Shown: positions 55,776-64,000 of the stretch, in pieces
Layout of the letters: the number at the start of each line of letters is the position of its first letter
Position numbering within the stretch: the first letter of the stretch is position 1
Assembly (NCBI GenBank): GCA_964508365.1
Contig: CAZDTP010000008.1
Span: 35,513-99,512 of the forward strand
DNA length: 64,000 nucleotides
DNA from: an uncultured archaeon
GTDB lineage: Archaea; Asgardarchaeota; Lokiarchaeia; Sigyniarchaeales; SOKP01
Direction: 5' to 3'
Translations under genes and position numbers: made by a program
The notes under the pieces: generated by a model
Databases searched by the model: none
Seen by the model: only the letters and a program-made list of their open reading frames with translations
Told to the model about the DNA's origin: nothing

Positions 55776-56615
55776 TCAAATTCCTTCACCATATTCTCCG
55801 TAAAAGATTTCAATATTGTCATCTTTGGATTTATTTGTGTCTGGGAAATGTTCTTCTAATTCTTTAATTCGCTTATCTAAATGTGCTATGGCAATTGAAA
55901 TTGGATCTGGTAGATCACCGTGCCGTAAATCTATTTTTTCTATTTTTTCTCCCTTTTTAGAAACGATTTTCGCAGGTACACCAACAACAACACAATGTGG
56001 AGGAACATCGTTAACAACAACAGAGTTAGCACCAACTCTAACATTATCACCGATAGTGATAGGTCCTAAGATTTTTGCACCAGTACCAACAACTACGTTA
56101 TCACCTAATGTCGGGTGTCTCTTTATTTGTTCTAAATTAGTACCTCCTAAGACTACTCCAGAGTAAAATGTTACATTATTGCCAATTTCAGCAGTTTCGC
56201 CTATTACAACTCCTGCTCCGTGATCAATAAAAAATTCAGAACCAATTTCGGCACCAGGATGAATATCAATTGCTGTCAACTCTCTAGCAATATCCGAAAT
56301 ATATCTTGGAATATACGGAACATTCAATTTCCAAAAAAAGTGAGCAATACGATATATCAATACAGCTTTTATACCGGGATAACTCGTTAACACTTCAATC
56401 AAAGTACATGCAGCGGGATCTTTATTAAATGCTGCGTTTACATCAGATACAAAGAAATCTAAAATACCTTGCAGATATTTTTGAATGAATTCATAATTTA
56501 TATCTTCTATATTAAATTCTAGTTTCAAAAGGCATTCTGTGCATTGTCCATTGCTATTCTTAGATTTTGAACCTAATCTCTTACCACATGACAAACAACT
56601 TAAAAATTCATCCAT
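55776..56615 (-). CDS. cysE: Serine O-acetyltransferase with an N-terminal Cys-rich extension
   Basis: DPAA, IDIHPGA, FIDHGAGVVIGET and RHPTLG. The N-terminus has C..C...C..C. Confidence 0.95.
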   Translation of the reverse strand: MDEFLSCLSCGKRLGSKSKNSNGQCTECLLKLEFNIEDINYEFIQKYLQGILDFFVSDVNAAFNKDPAACTLIEVLTSYPGIKAVLIYRIAHFFWKLNVPYIPRYISDIARELTAIDIHPGAEIGSEFFIDHGAGVVIGETAEIGNNVTFYSGVVLGGTNLEQIKRHPTLGDNVVVGTGAKILGPITIGDNVRVGANSVVVNDVPPHCVVVGVPAKIVSKKGEKIEKIDLRHGDLPDPISIAIAHLDKRIKELEEHFPDTNKSKDDNIEIFYGEYGEGI

Positions 56616-56881
56616 AGATACTTAACGCACTCCAATAATCTTTTAGAAACTTCCCTATTGTTATAAATTTAGATAATCTGTTATTATCTAATAATTTTTG
56701 TAAGAATAAAATTTTAGTGTTATTAAGTTATAAGATACTTTACATGATCTTAAGCAATATCTCGATACTAATATAGTTAGAAAATTATACTATATATATA
56801 AATAAAAGTATCTTTACTTGTTTAATTAGGAGACACACGAAAGTTAGAAAAAAAAATAGTATTAAATAAGGATGTAAGAAA

Positions 56882-59746
56882 ATGATTTCTGACGACAATA
56901 AACAAGATAACATCAAAACTCAATTTCAAATTTTTATGGAAATTGTTAACGATCTGGTTATCGTCATTAATCAAAATAAAAATTTCGACATAGAACTCAT
57001 TAATCAATGCCCTTTATTAGATAAACTTGGATATTTTGAAATTGACCTAACAGGGATGCCTTTTTTAACAATTTTTTTTTCTGATGATGTCAAAAAAATC
57101 GCTAAATTTTTAAAAAAGGGTGTTGAAACTTTTGGTCATTTCCAAGAAATAAGGCTACTGTCAAAGAAGGGCGAAATTATTTGGGCAGAAATTAAAGCAA
57201 AAAAATTTACTGATGAGAATAAGAACAATAAGATTTTAGTAATTCTGAAAGATATTTCAAAGCAGAAAAAAATAGAAGTTAATCTGAAAGTTACTGAAGA
57301 ACGCTTTAAAAAAATAACTGAAACCATCCCTGAAATACGATTTTGGAAATTGTTCAATCCTAAAAAATACGAAGAAGCCCTCCAAAGTTCATACGAAATG
57401 CTCCAAATGGTTATGGCGAATATACCACAATATATCATCTGGAAAGATATTGATTTAAGTTATTTAGGGTGTAACGATAATTATGCAAATTTAATAGGAA
57501 TTGAACACCCTGAAAATATTATTGATAAAAAGGACGAAGAATTACTATGGGACAGCAATCAGATTAAGTATAATAGACAAAAAGAGAATAAAGTTATAGA
57601 ATCAAATCAAGCGGTTTTTCATTCAGATGAATATTGGACTCGTAGAGATGGACAAAAGACTTGGATCGATGTTAATAGAATACCGTTGCTTAACTCCGAT
57701 GGTAAAGTCGCAGGACTCTTAATTACATTTGAAGATATAACAGAACGAAAAAATGCTGAAGAGAACTTACGTCGTCAACATGACAAGCTAGAACGAATTA
57801 TGGAGACTAATCCCGCAGGGATAATGTCTGTAAACACAGAGGGGCATATCATTTACGTTAATTCTCAAGCAGAAAAAGTCATGCGCTTCACAAAAGAAGA
57901 ACTATTAAAAAAATCCTTTATAGCATCAAAGTTCAAACTTTTAGACTTAGAAGGCAATCCCATACCAAAAGACGAGCTTCCTTTTCAAATTATAATGCAA
58001 ACGAAAAAGCCATTATTTGACTATCACGCAACCTTTAACTTAGCTAAGGATAAGAATATTCTACTTTCAATTAATGGTACACCTCTTATTGGAAGCAACG
58101 GGAACATAGAAAATATAATTTTTACCGTAGATGACATAACAGAAAAAGTTTTAACGGAGCAAAAAATTAAGGATTCAGAGGAAAAACTCAGGGATTTATT
58201 AGAGACTTCGACAATTGGTATTTTGGAAATTGAGTTAGTTAACAATAGTATCTCTTACATTAACCCTAAATTGTTAGAATTCATTGGTTATCAAGATATC
58301 AATATTGTGAATAAAAAGTTAATGGATGAAATTATCCATCCCGACGACCTGAAAAGATTATTAAATTCTGAAGAAGGAAAGGAGATAGAGTTTAGAATTT
58401 TTACCAATGAAGGCAAGATGAAGTGGTTACAAGGTAAAAGATTAAACCAACACGACGAAAAAGGCAATTTAATAAGTTTTCGATTATGGTTAGAGGATGT
58501 AACCGAAAAGAAGATTTATGAAGAATTAATTTATGAACTGAATATAAACTTTTTAAACTACACGACGGATACTCAACAAAACATAGAATTATTACTCAAA
58601 ACTTGCCTTAAATTACTTAATTGCGATGTTGTTTTGTATATCAATAAAAGTATTTATGAAGAAAAAGAACAATACAGAGTAATGTCTGATAGAGGGGATG
58701 TTAGATTATATAGCTCAGAAGAGTTCAAAAATAATTTATTTGTAAGTCAAGTGTTTTTAGAAAACCACGATTTCACTCAAGAATTTTATGATATCGATAA
58801 GTCACAATATAGGAAAATTGATAGATACATAATCAATAATAATATAAAAGCGTGTTACGGAAAATTAATTTTATCTGAAAATGATTTAAATGATTTGTTA
58901 TGCGTTTTGTTTAAGGAAAATCCAAAGATTACTAACCAAAATAAATTAGTACTTTTCTTAATTTGCGATGCTTTGGAAATAGAACAGAGAAGGTGGCGAT
59001 CCCAACAACATTTAGAAGAACAAAACAGGATGCTAAGCGAAATAAATAAGTTAAAAAGTGATCTCTTCTCAAGAACATCTCATGAATTAAAAACACCTTT
59101 AATTTCCATTAAAGGATTCACTGAATTATTACTGAGACTACATTCAGAAAAGTTAGACGATGATGTTATCTCAATTATAGAAGAAATTAAGAGCGGAAGC
59201 AAACGACTTGAGAATTACATTAATTCACTTGTGGAAAGTTCGCAGCTAGATCAAGGTTTAATGAAACTGCATAAAGTAAAAGATAACCTTACCTTTCTAA
59301 TTAAATACTGTGTTAAACAACTGCAAGCAATTGCTGATTTAAGAGAACAAGTTATTAGTGTGAATGTTAAGGACAATCTATTTACGGAATTCGATAAAGA
59401 AAAAATATACGAAGTGATTACGAATTTATTGATAAATGCTATAAAATACACTCCTGTGGGTGGCCAAATCATAATCGAATCTAATAAAGAAGACAGCCAC
59501 TACATAATTTCGATAAAGGATACGGGTATTGGATTAACTCAAAAAGAAATTACACAACTATTTACGCAATTTGGTAAAATAGAAAGATATGGACAAGGCT
59601 GGGATGTAGGAATCGAAGGTACTGGATTAGGATTGTACATCTCAAAAGAATTAATGAAGCTTCACAATGGTAAAATTTGGGTTGAATCCGAAGGTAGAAA
59701 TAAAGGAAGTACTTTTTTCTTTTCATTACCTATTATAAAAAACTAA
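56882..59746 (+). CDS. Cytoplasmic multi-PAS (+GAF-like) histidine kinase
   Basis: Four PAS-like repeats, SHELKTP, NLLINAIKY, DTGIG and GTGLGL. Confidence 0.92.
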   Translation: MISDDNKQDNIKTQFQIFMEIVNDLVIVINQNKNFDIELINQCPLLDKLGYFEIDLTGMPFLTIFFSDDVKKIAKFLKKGVETFGHFQEIRLLSKKGEIIWAEIKAKKFTDENKNNKILVILKDISKQKKIEVNLKVTEERFKKITETIPEIRFWKLFNPKKYEEALQSSYEMLQMVMANIPQYIIWKDIDLSYLGCNDNYANLIGIEHPENIIDKKDEELLWDSNQIKYNRQKENKVIESNQAVFHSDEYWTRRDGQKTWIDVNRIPLLNSDGKVAGLLITFEDITERKNAEENLRRQHDKLERIMETNPAGIMSVNTEGHIIYVNSQAEKVMRFTKEELLKKSFIASKFKLLDLEGNPIPKDELPFQIIMQTKKPLFDYHATFNLAKDKNILLSINGTPLIGSNGNIENIIFTVDDITEKVLTEQKIKDSEEKLRDLLETSTIGILEIELVNNSISYINPKLLEFIGYQDINIVNKKLMDEIIHPDDLKRLLNSEEGKEIEFRIFTNEGKMKWLQGKRLNQHDEKGNLISFRLWLEDVTEKKIYEELIYELNINFLNYTTDTQQNIELLLKTCLKLLNCDVVLYINKSIYEEKEQYRVMSDRGDVRLYSSEEFKNNLFVSQVFLENHDFTQEFYDIDKSQYRKIDRYIINNNIKACYGKLILSENDLNDLLCVLFKENPKITNQNKLVLFLICDALEIEQRRWRSQQHLEEQNRMLSEINKLKSDLFSRTSHELKTPLISIKGFTELLLRLHSEKLDDDVISIIEEIKSGSKRLENYINSLVESSQLDQGLMKLHKVKDNLTFLIKYCVKQLQAIADLREQVISVNVKDNLFTEFDKEKIYEVITNLLINAIKYTPVGGQIIIESNKEDSHYIISIKDTGIGLTQKEITQLFTQFGKIERYGQGWDVGIEGTGLGLYISKELMKLHNGKIWVESEGRNKGSTFFFSLPIIKN

Positions 59747-59828
59747 AATATGGACTCCACATTTTTTAATAACGCCCATTCTATTTCTTTATTAAATAAT
59801 ACTTTTAATTTTAAATATTGCATTAAAT

Positions 59829-60065
59829 TTGCATTTGGTGAGTCTAATAAGTAGCGATGAAAATCATGCAGGATTTGAGAAATTAGAGGTTGTGAAAAAA
59901 TATTTCCATAGAATCTTTACAATATTATCCAAAGAAGTCAAAGAAGAATTAAGTAAATTAAACCTTTCAACAGATGAGCTAAAGGAAATCAAGAAAGAAT
60001 TAGCTTTTTTACCAGAAGAAAAACAGATAGAATTTCTAAAAGAATTAACTAAAAATAACGAGTAG
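59829..60065 (+). CDS. Small helical hypothetical protein or gene remnant
   Basis: 78-aa E/K/L-rich ORF with a weak TTG start. Confidence 0.45.
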   Translation: MHLVSLISSDENHAGFEKLEVVKKYFHRIFTILSKEVKEELSKLNLSTDELKEIKKELAFLPEEKQIEFLKELTKNNE

Positions 60066-60344
60066 TATCTTTTTAGAACAGTTATTGATCACTCGTCTTT
60101 TGTCAAAAAGGTATGTGTCTAGCTATTTTTAAACATTATCTTATAAAAATATTCGATATATCAAATAGCAAATATTAAAAATTTGGTTATTTTATATTCA
60201 TAATAAATTTTTTTAAGAAAATTACTTTTTCAAACTTAAGATTATCAATTGAGTTGTTTGATCAAACTTTTTTAAGTAAAAACTTAGGTTTTTTTACTTT
60301 TTATAAAATCTTATTGGAAATGATATTAGGGATCTGATGTAAAC

Positions 60345-60968
60345 ATGAGTGAAAATGTAGATAAATATATCAAAAGAAATGTCTATAAATCCACGAGTTC
60401 TGCGATAGCCCAAAAATTTGTTGACGCTGGTTTAGAGAAGCTTAGGGCGTGTATTAATTGTGGAACGTGTACTGGCTCTTGTCCATCTGGGAGACGTACA
60501 GCAATTAGAACACGCTCGGTTCTTCGACGAGCGTTAATTGGTGATGAATCTGTTTTAGAAGATATCGATATTTGGCTTTGTAGTACCTGTTATACTTGTT
60601 ATGAGCGATGTCCCCGAGATATTCCAGTAACAGATATGATTATTAAGCTAAGAAATATTGCTGTTGAAGAAGGACATATTTTAGACAATCATTTCGTATT
60701 AGCTAATAAAATATTTTACGAAACTGGACACGGGGTACCCGCCAACGGAGAAGCAAATCAAAAATGGCGAGATTTAAGGGTATCCTATGGATTACCTCCA
60801 TTGCCTCCAACCGTACACACGCATCCCGAAGCTGTCAAAGAATGTCAAGAATTAATGAAATCGGTAGGTTTTAGAGATTTGATGGATAATGTCGAAAAGA
60901 TAAAGGAGAAAGAAAAAGCTGAGGCAGAAAAAGCTGAAGCTGAAAAAAACAAAGTAGAGGAAAAGTAA
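60345..60968 (+). CDS. hdrC: Heterodisulfide reductase subunit C (paralog 2)
   Basis: CINCGTCTGSCPSG and WLCSTCYTCYERCPR. Confidence 0.95.
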   Translation: MSENVDKYIKRNVYKSTSSAIAQKFVDAGLEKLRACINCGTCTGSCPSGRRTAIRTRSVLRRALIGDESVLEDIDIWLCSTCYTCYERCPRDIPVTDMIIKLRNIAVEEGHILDNHFVLANKIFYETGHGVPANGEANQKWRDLRVSYGLPPLPPTVHTHPEAVKECQELMKSVGFRDLMDNVEKIKEKEKAEAEKAEAEKNKVEEK

Positions 60969-60982
60969 GGTGATATAAAATA

Positions 60983-61933
60983 ATGAGTGAAGAAAATAAA
61001 TGGAAATATGCGTTTTTTCTTGGTTGCGTAGCCCCTAATCGCTATCCCATGATTGAGACGTCTATCAGGGCTGTATTTGATCACTTAGGTGCTGAAATCC
61101 TCGAATTGGAGGGAGCATCGTGTTGTCCTGCTCCAGGAGTTTTTCGAGCGTTTCACATTCCTACTTGGTTAGTAATTGCTGCTCGAAACATTACAATTGC
61201 AGAAGAATTGGGAGTTGATATCATAACTGGGTGTAATGGATGCTATGGTACGCTTAGAGACGCTTGGTTTGAGTTAGAACACGAACCAGAGTTAAAAAAA
61301 ATGGTTAATGAACATCTCGCCAAAGTTGGAAGAGAATATAAAGGATTAATTGAACCTAAGCACATCGTTCAAGTCTTCTATCAAGATATGGGTTTAGATT
61401 ACTTACGAGGATTTGTAAAACATAAATTTAAGGATTTGAAAGTTGCGGTACATTATGGCTGTCACATTATCAAACCAAGCGATAAAAGACCCTGGGGTGG
61501 AGAGAGCGAAGATCCAACATTTCTTGATGAACTTGTTGAGATTACAGGAGCTAAAAGCATTAATTATGAGGATAAGCTCCAATGTTGCGGAGCAGGTGGC
61601 GCAGTAAGAACGGCTGTCAAAGAAGTAGCAGCAGACTTTTCACGAGAAAAATTAGAGAATATAAGGGATGTTGGTGCCGACATCATTATCGATTGCTGTC
61701 CATTTTGTCATTTACAGTTAGATTTAGGCCAAATGGAGGCCAATACTTATTATAAAGATATGATTGGCGAACCCTACAAAATTCCAGTAATTTACATAAC
61801 TCAATTATTAGGATTAGCATTTGGAATTGATCCAAATCTTTTAGGATTAATAAAAAATCACGACTTAAAAGGAGTTCCTCCCTTCATACCTATAGAACCG
61901 TTTTTAGAAAAAGTAAAAAGCCAGTTAACTTAG
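60983..61933 (+). CDS. hdrB: Heterodisulfide reductase subunit B (paralog 2)
   Basis: FLGC, SCCPAPG, CNGC, HYGCH, CCGAGG and CPFCHLQLD. Confidence 0.96.
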   Translation: MSEENKWKYAFFLGCVAPNRYPMIETSIRAVFDHLGAEILELEGASCCPAPGVFRAFHIPTWLVIAARNITIAEELGVDIITGCNGCYGTLRDAWFELEHEPELKKMVNEHLAKVGREYKGLIEPKHIVQVFYQDMGLDYLRGFVKHKFKDLKVAVHYGCHIIKPSDKRPWGGESEDPTFLDELVEITGAKSINYEDKLQCCGAGGAVRTAVKEVAADFSREKLENIRDVGADIIIDCCPFCHLQLDLGQMEANTYYKDMIGEPYKIPVIYITQLLGLAFGIDPNLLGLIKNHDLKGVPPFIPIEPFLEKVKSQLT

Positions 61934-61946
61934 GAGGATCGGTAAA

Positions 61947-63947
61947 TTGACAGAAACAGATAAAAAAATGAATATCACGGGAAATGAAAGACCTAAAATT
62001 GGAGTATATGTTTGCCACTGTGGTGTTAACATTGGTGGTGTAGTTTCAGTTCCCGATTTAGTGGAATATGCTAAAACGCTACCGAATGTTGAGGTGGGTC
62101 GCGAATACAAATTCTTTTGTTCAGATGTCGGGCAGAAAATGATTAAAGAAGATATCGAAGCGGGACTTGTTAACCGTGTTGTAGTTGCAGCTTGTTCCCC
62201 GAGAATGCACGAACCTACATTTCGAATAGCGTGTAAAGAAGCAGGATTAAACCAGTTTTTGTTTGAAATGGCAAATATTCGAGAACATTCTACTTGGGTT
62301 CACATGAAAGAACCTGAAGGTGCTTATGAAGTAGCAAAAGACCACATAAGATTAGCAATCTCAAAAGCAAGAGAACTGATGCCCTTAGCAGTACAAAAAG
62401 TAAATGTAGAACCAACAAGTTTAATAATAGGAGCTGGGATTACCGGAATGAACGCTGCTTTAGATCTTTCCTCAGCAGGATATAAGGTTTATTTAGTTGA
62501 TCGATCTGCCACGATAGGTGGTCATATGGCGCAACTTGATAAGACTTTTCCTACTATGGATTGTTCTTCTTGTATTTTAACACCCAAAATGTCTGAAATA
62601 GCACGCGACAAAAATATTGAGTTGTTAACATATTCTGAAGTGACAGATGTAACTGGCTATGTAGGGAACTTTGAAGTTACCATTAAAAAGAAACCCCATT
62701 ATGTAGACCAAGTGAAGTGTACCGGGTGTGGAATTTGCATTGATTCGTGTCCTATTACGGTTGCAAACGAATTCGACTTAGGTTTATCTACGAGAAAAGC
62801 TATATACATTCCTTTCCCTCAAGCAATTCCCAGTCAATATACTATCGATATGGATAGCTGTGTTAAATGCGGAATTTGCGCAAGAGAAAATGTTTGTGAG
62901 CCCTTGGCTATAAATTATGATGACGAACCTGAATATGTTAATATTAAAATAGGCACTATAATAGTAGCAACTGGATACGATGAATACGATCCTTCAGAAC
63001 TAAAGCAATATGGTTATGGTAAGTACCCAAATGTCATTACAGGACTTCAAATGGAACGATTACTAAGTTCGTTTGGTCCAGTTCTGGGAAAACCTGTAAA
63101 ACCTTCAGATCTTAAGGATCCACATAGCATTGCTTTTCTACAATGTGTAGGTAGTAGAAATTTCAGAGAAGGAGGAAACAAATATTGTTCTCGCGTGTGC
63201 TGTATGTATGCTACCAAGCAGGCTAGGCAGTATAAAGAAAAGCACCCAGAAGCGGATATCTACATATTTTACATGGATATTCGAGCGTTTGGAAAAGGAT
63301 ATGAAGAGTTTTACGAATCCGCAGCAAGAGATTATGGGATTAATTATGTGAGAGGACGAATTGCTGAAGTAAGAGAAAATCCTCTTAATCACAATATAAT
63401 TATACGGTCAGAAGATACATTACTCCAACAACCAATTGAAGTAGAAGTTGAATTGTTTGTCCTTTCGACGGGTATAGAGCCTAGAGCAGACTCAGATTCC
63501 ATTACTAGCCTTTTAAGAATTCAAAAATCAGCTGATGGATTCTTTTTAGAAGCGCATCCTAAATTAAGACCAGTAGATACTCTCACCGAAGGTATTTTCA
63601 TAGCAGGAGTTGCTCAGGGTCCCAAAGATATACCTGATTCAGTTGCTCAAGCTAAAGCAGCTGCTTCTAGCGCAATTGCGTTAATGGCGAAGGGAGAAGT
63701 AGAAATTGAGCCATTTTTTGCTTTTGTTCATGCTGATCGATGTGTAGGTTGTGGAATGTGTATTGAAAATTGCGCTTATGGTGCGATTGAATTTGTTGAA
63801 GATAGAAGGTTTGGAAAGATTGCTTCGATTAATAATGCACTCTGTAAAGGATGTGGCGCTTGCTCCGGTAATTGTAGAAGTTCAGCAATCGATATAATAG
63901 GCTTTTCTTCTGAACAATTACATTCAATGATAACTAAGAGGAAATAA
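61947..63947 (+). CDS. hdrA: Heterodisulfide reductase subunit A (Cys form, no in-frame UGA)
   Basis: GVYVCHCG, AACSP, NIREH, IGAGITG, FPTMDCSSCILTPKM, ferredoxin motifs and CSRVCCM. Confidence 0.96.
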   Translation: MTETDKKMNITGNERPKIGVYVCHCGVNIGGVVSVPDLVEYAKTLPNVEVGREYKFFCSDVGQKMIKEDIEAGLVNRVVVAACSPRMHEPTFRIACKEAGLNQFLFEMANIREHSTWVHMKEPEGAYEVAKDHIRLAISKARELMPLAVQKVNVEPTSLIIGAGITGMNAALDLSSAGYKVYLVDRSATIGGHMAQLDKTFPTMDCSSCILTPKMSEIARDKNIELLTYSEVTDVTGYVGNFEVTIKKKPHYVDQVKCTGCGICIDSCPITVANEFDLGLSTRKAIYIPFPQAIPSQYTIDMDSCVKCGICARENVCEPLAINYDDEPEYVNIKIGTIIVATGYDEYDPSELKQYGYGKYPNVITGLQMERLLSSFGPVLGKPVKPSDLKDPHSIAFLQCVGSRNFREGGNKYCSRVCCMYATKQARQYKEKHPEADIYIFYMDIRAFGKGYEEFYESAARDYGINYVRGRIAEVRENPLNHNIIIRSEDTLLQQPIEVEVELFVLSTGIEPRADSDSITSLLRIQKSADGFFLEAHPKLRPVDTLTEGIFIAGVAQGPKDIPDSVAQAKAAASSAIALMAKGEVEIEPFFAFVHADRCVGCGMCIENCAYGAIEFVEDRRFGKIASINNALCKGCGACSGNCRSSAIDIIGFSSEQLHSMITKRK

Positions 63948-63948
63948 A

Positions 63949-64000
63949 ATGACAGAAGAAGTTGTTGAAATGAAAAAAGATGGAAGTAAGAAATGGGAAC
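63949..64000 (+). CDS. mvhD: Probable start of MvhD/VhuD (truncated by the window edge)
   Basis: ATG 1 nt after the hdrA stop: MTEEVVEMKKDGSKKWE(P). Position and the WEP start are typical of MvhD, but only 17 codons are visible. Confidence 0.5.
   Translation, partial: MTEEVVEMKKDGSKKWE

Noticed and set aside
61947-63947. HdrA as a selenoprotein
   Set aside because: The ORF is continuous with TGT codons at the DCxxC site and has no in-frame UGA.
1-64000. IS elements, integrases, prophage, rRNA, CRISPR-Cas
   Set aside because: No transposase/integrase motifs, terminal inverted repeats, long GC-rich structural RNA or repeat-spacer arrays were seen by eye; short degenerate elements could have been missed.

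Overview
Strongly AT-rich, gene-dense chromosomal segment that is almost certainly from an Asgard archaeon of the Lokiarchaeia type. This is an inference from the Loki-CTERM-anchored beta-helix proteins, a roadblock protein, a Rag-like small GTPase, a Sec-encoding VhuU and PAS-rich kinases. Core content: two Hdr/hydrogenase loci (mvhG-mvhA-vhuU-hdrC-hdrB on minus; hdrC-hdrB-hdrA-mvhD on plus), scattered hypC/D/E/F, cooC, fwdA, mobA, serA, two purF paralogs, cysS with a tRNA-Cys, cysE/cysK, a TusA-YeeE-DsrEFH sulfur relay, an MNT-HEPN toxin-antitoxin pair and two-component genes. I found no CRISPR array, rRNA or IS element. Most interesting: (1) a six-gene run at about 20.2-26.8 kb with a highly divergent heme-copper oxidase subunit-I-like protein (TM2 His, TM6 GHLHIQ, NH instead of HH, TM10 AHWH, FIGVNLTF), heme O synthase, an exported SOR-like metal-site protein, a DUF420/cytochrome-b-like protein and a FAD/Fe-S dehydrogenase pair, in a lineage regarded as anaerobic; (2) a UGA-recoded selenoprotein VhuU missed by the ORF track, with a SECIS-like hairpin built on its own stop codon; (3) a tRNA-Cys(GCA) with a long, class II-type variable arm directly upstream of cysS; (4) a GTPase / histidine kinase / receiver-longin-like fusion cluster; (5) an E2-like plus dead-JAMM fusion, an unannotated acidic microprotein, and genes that can only start at ATA or ATT.
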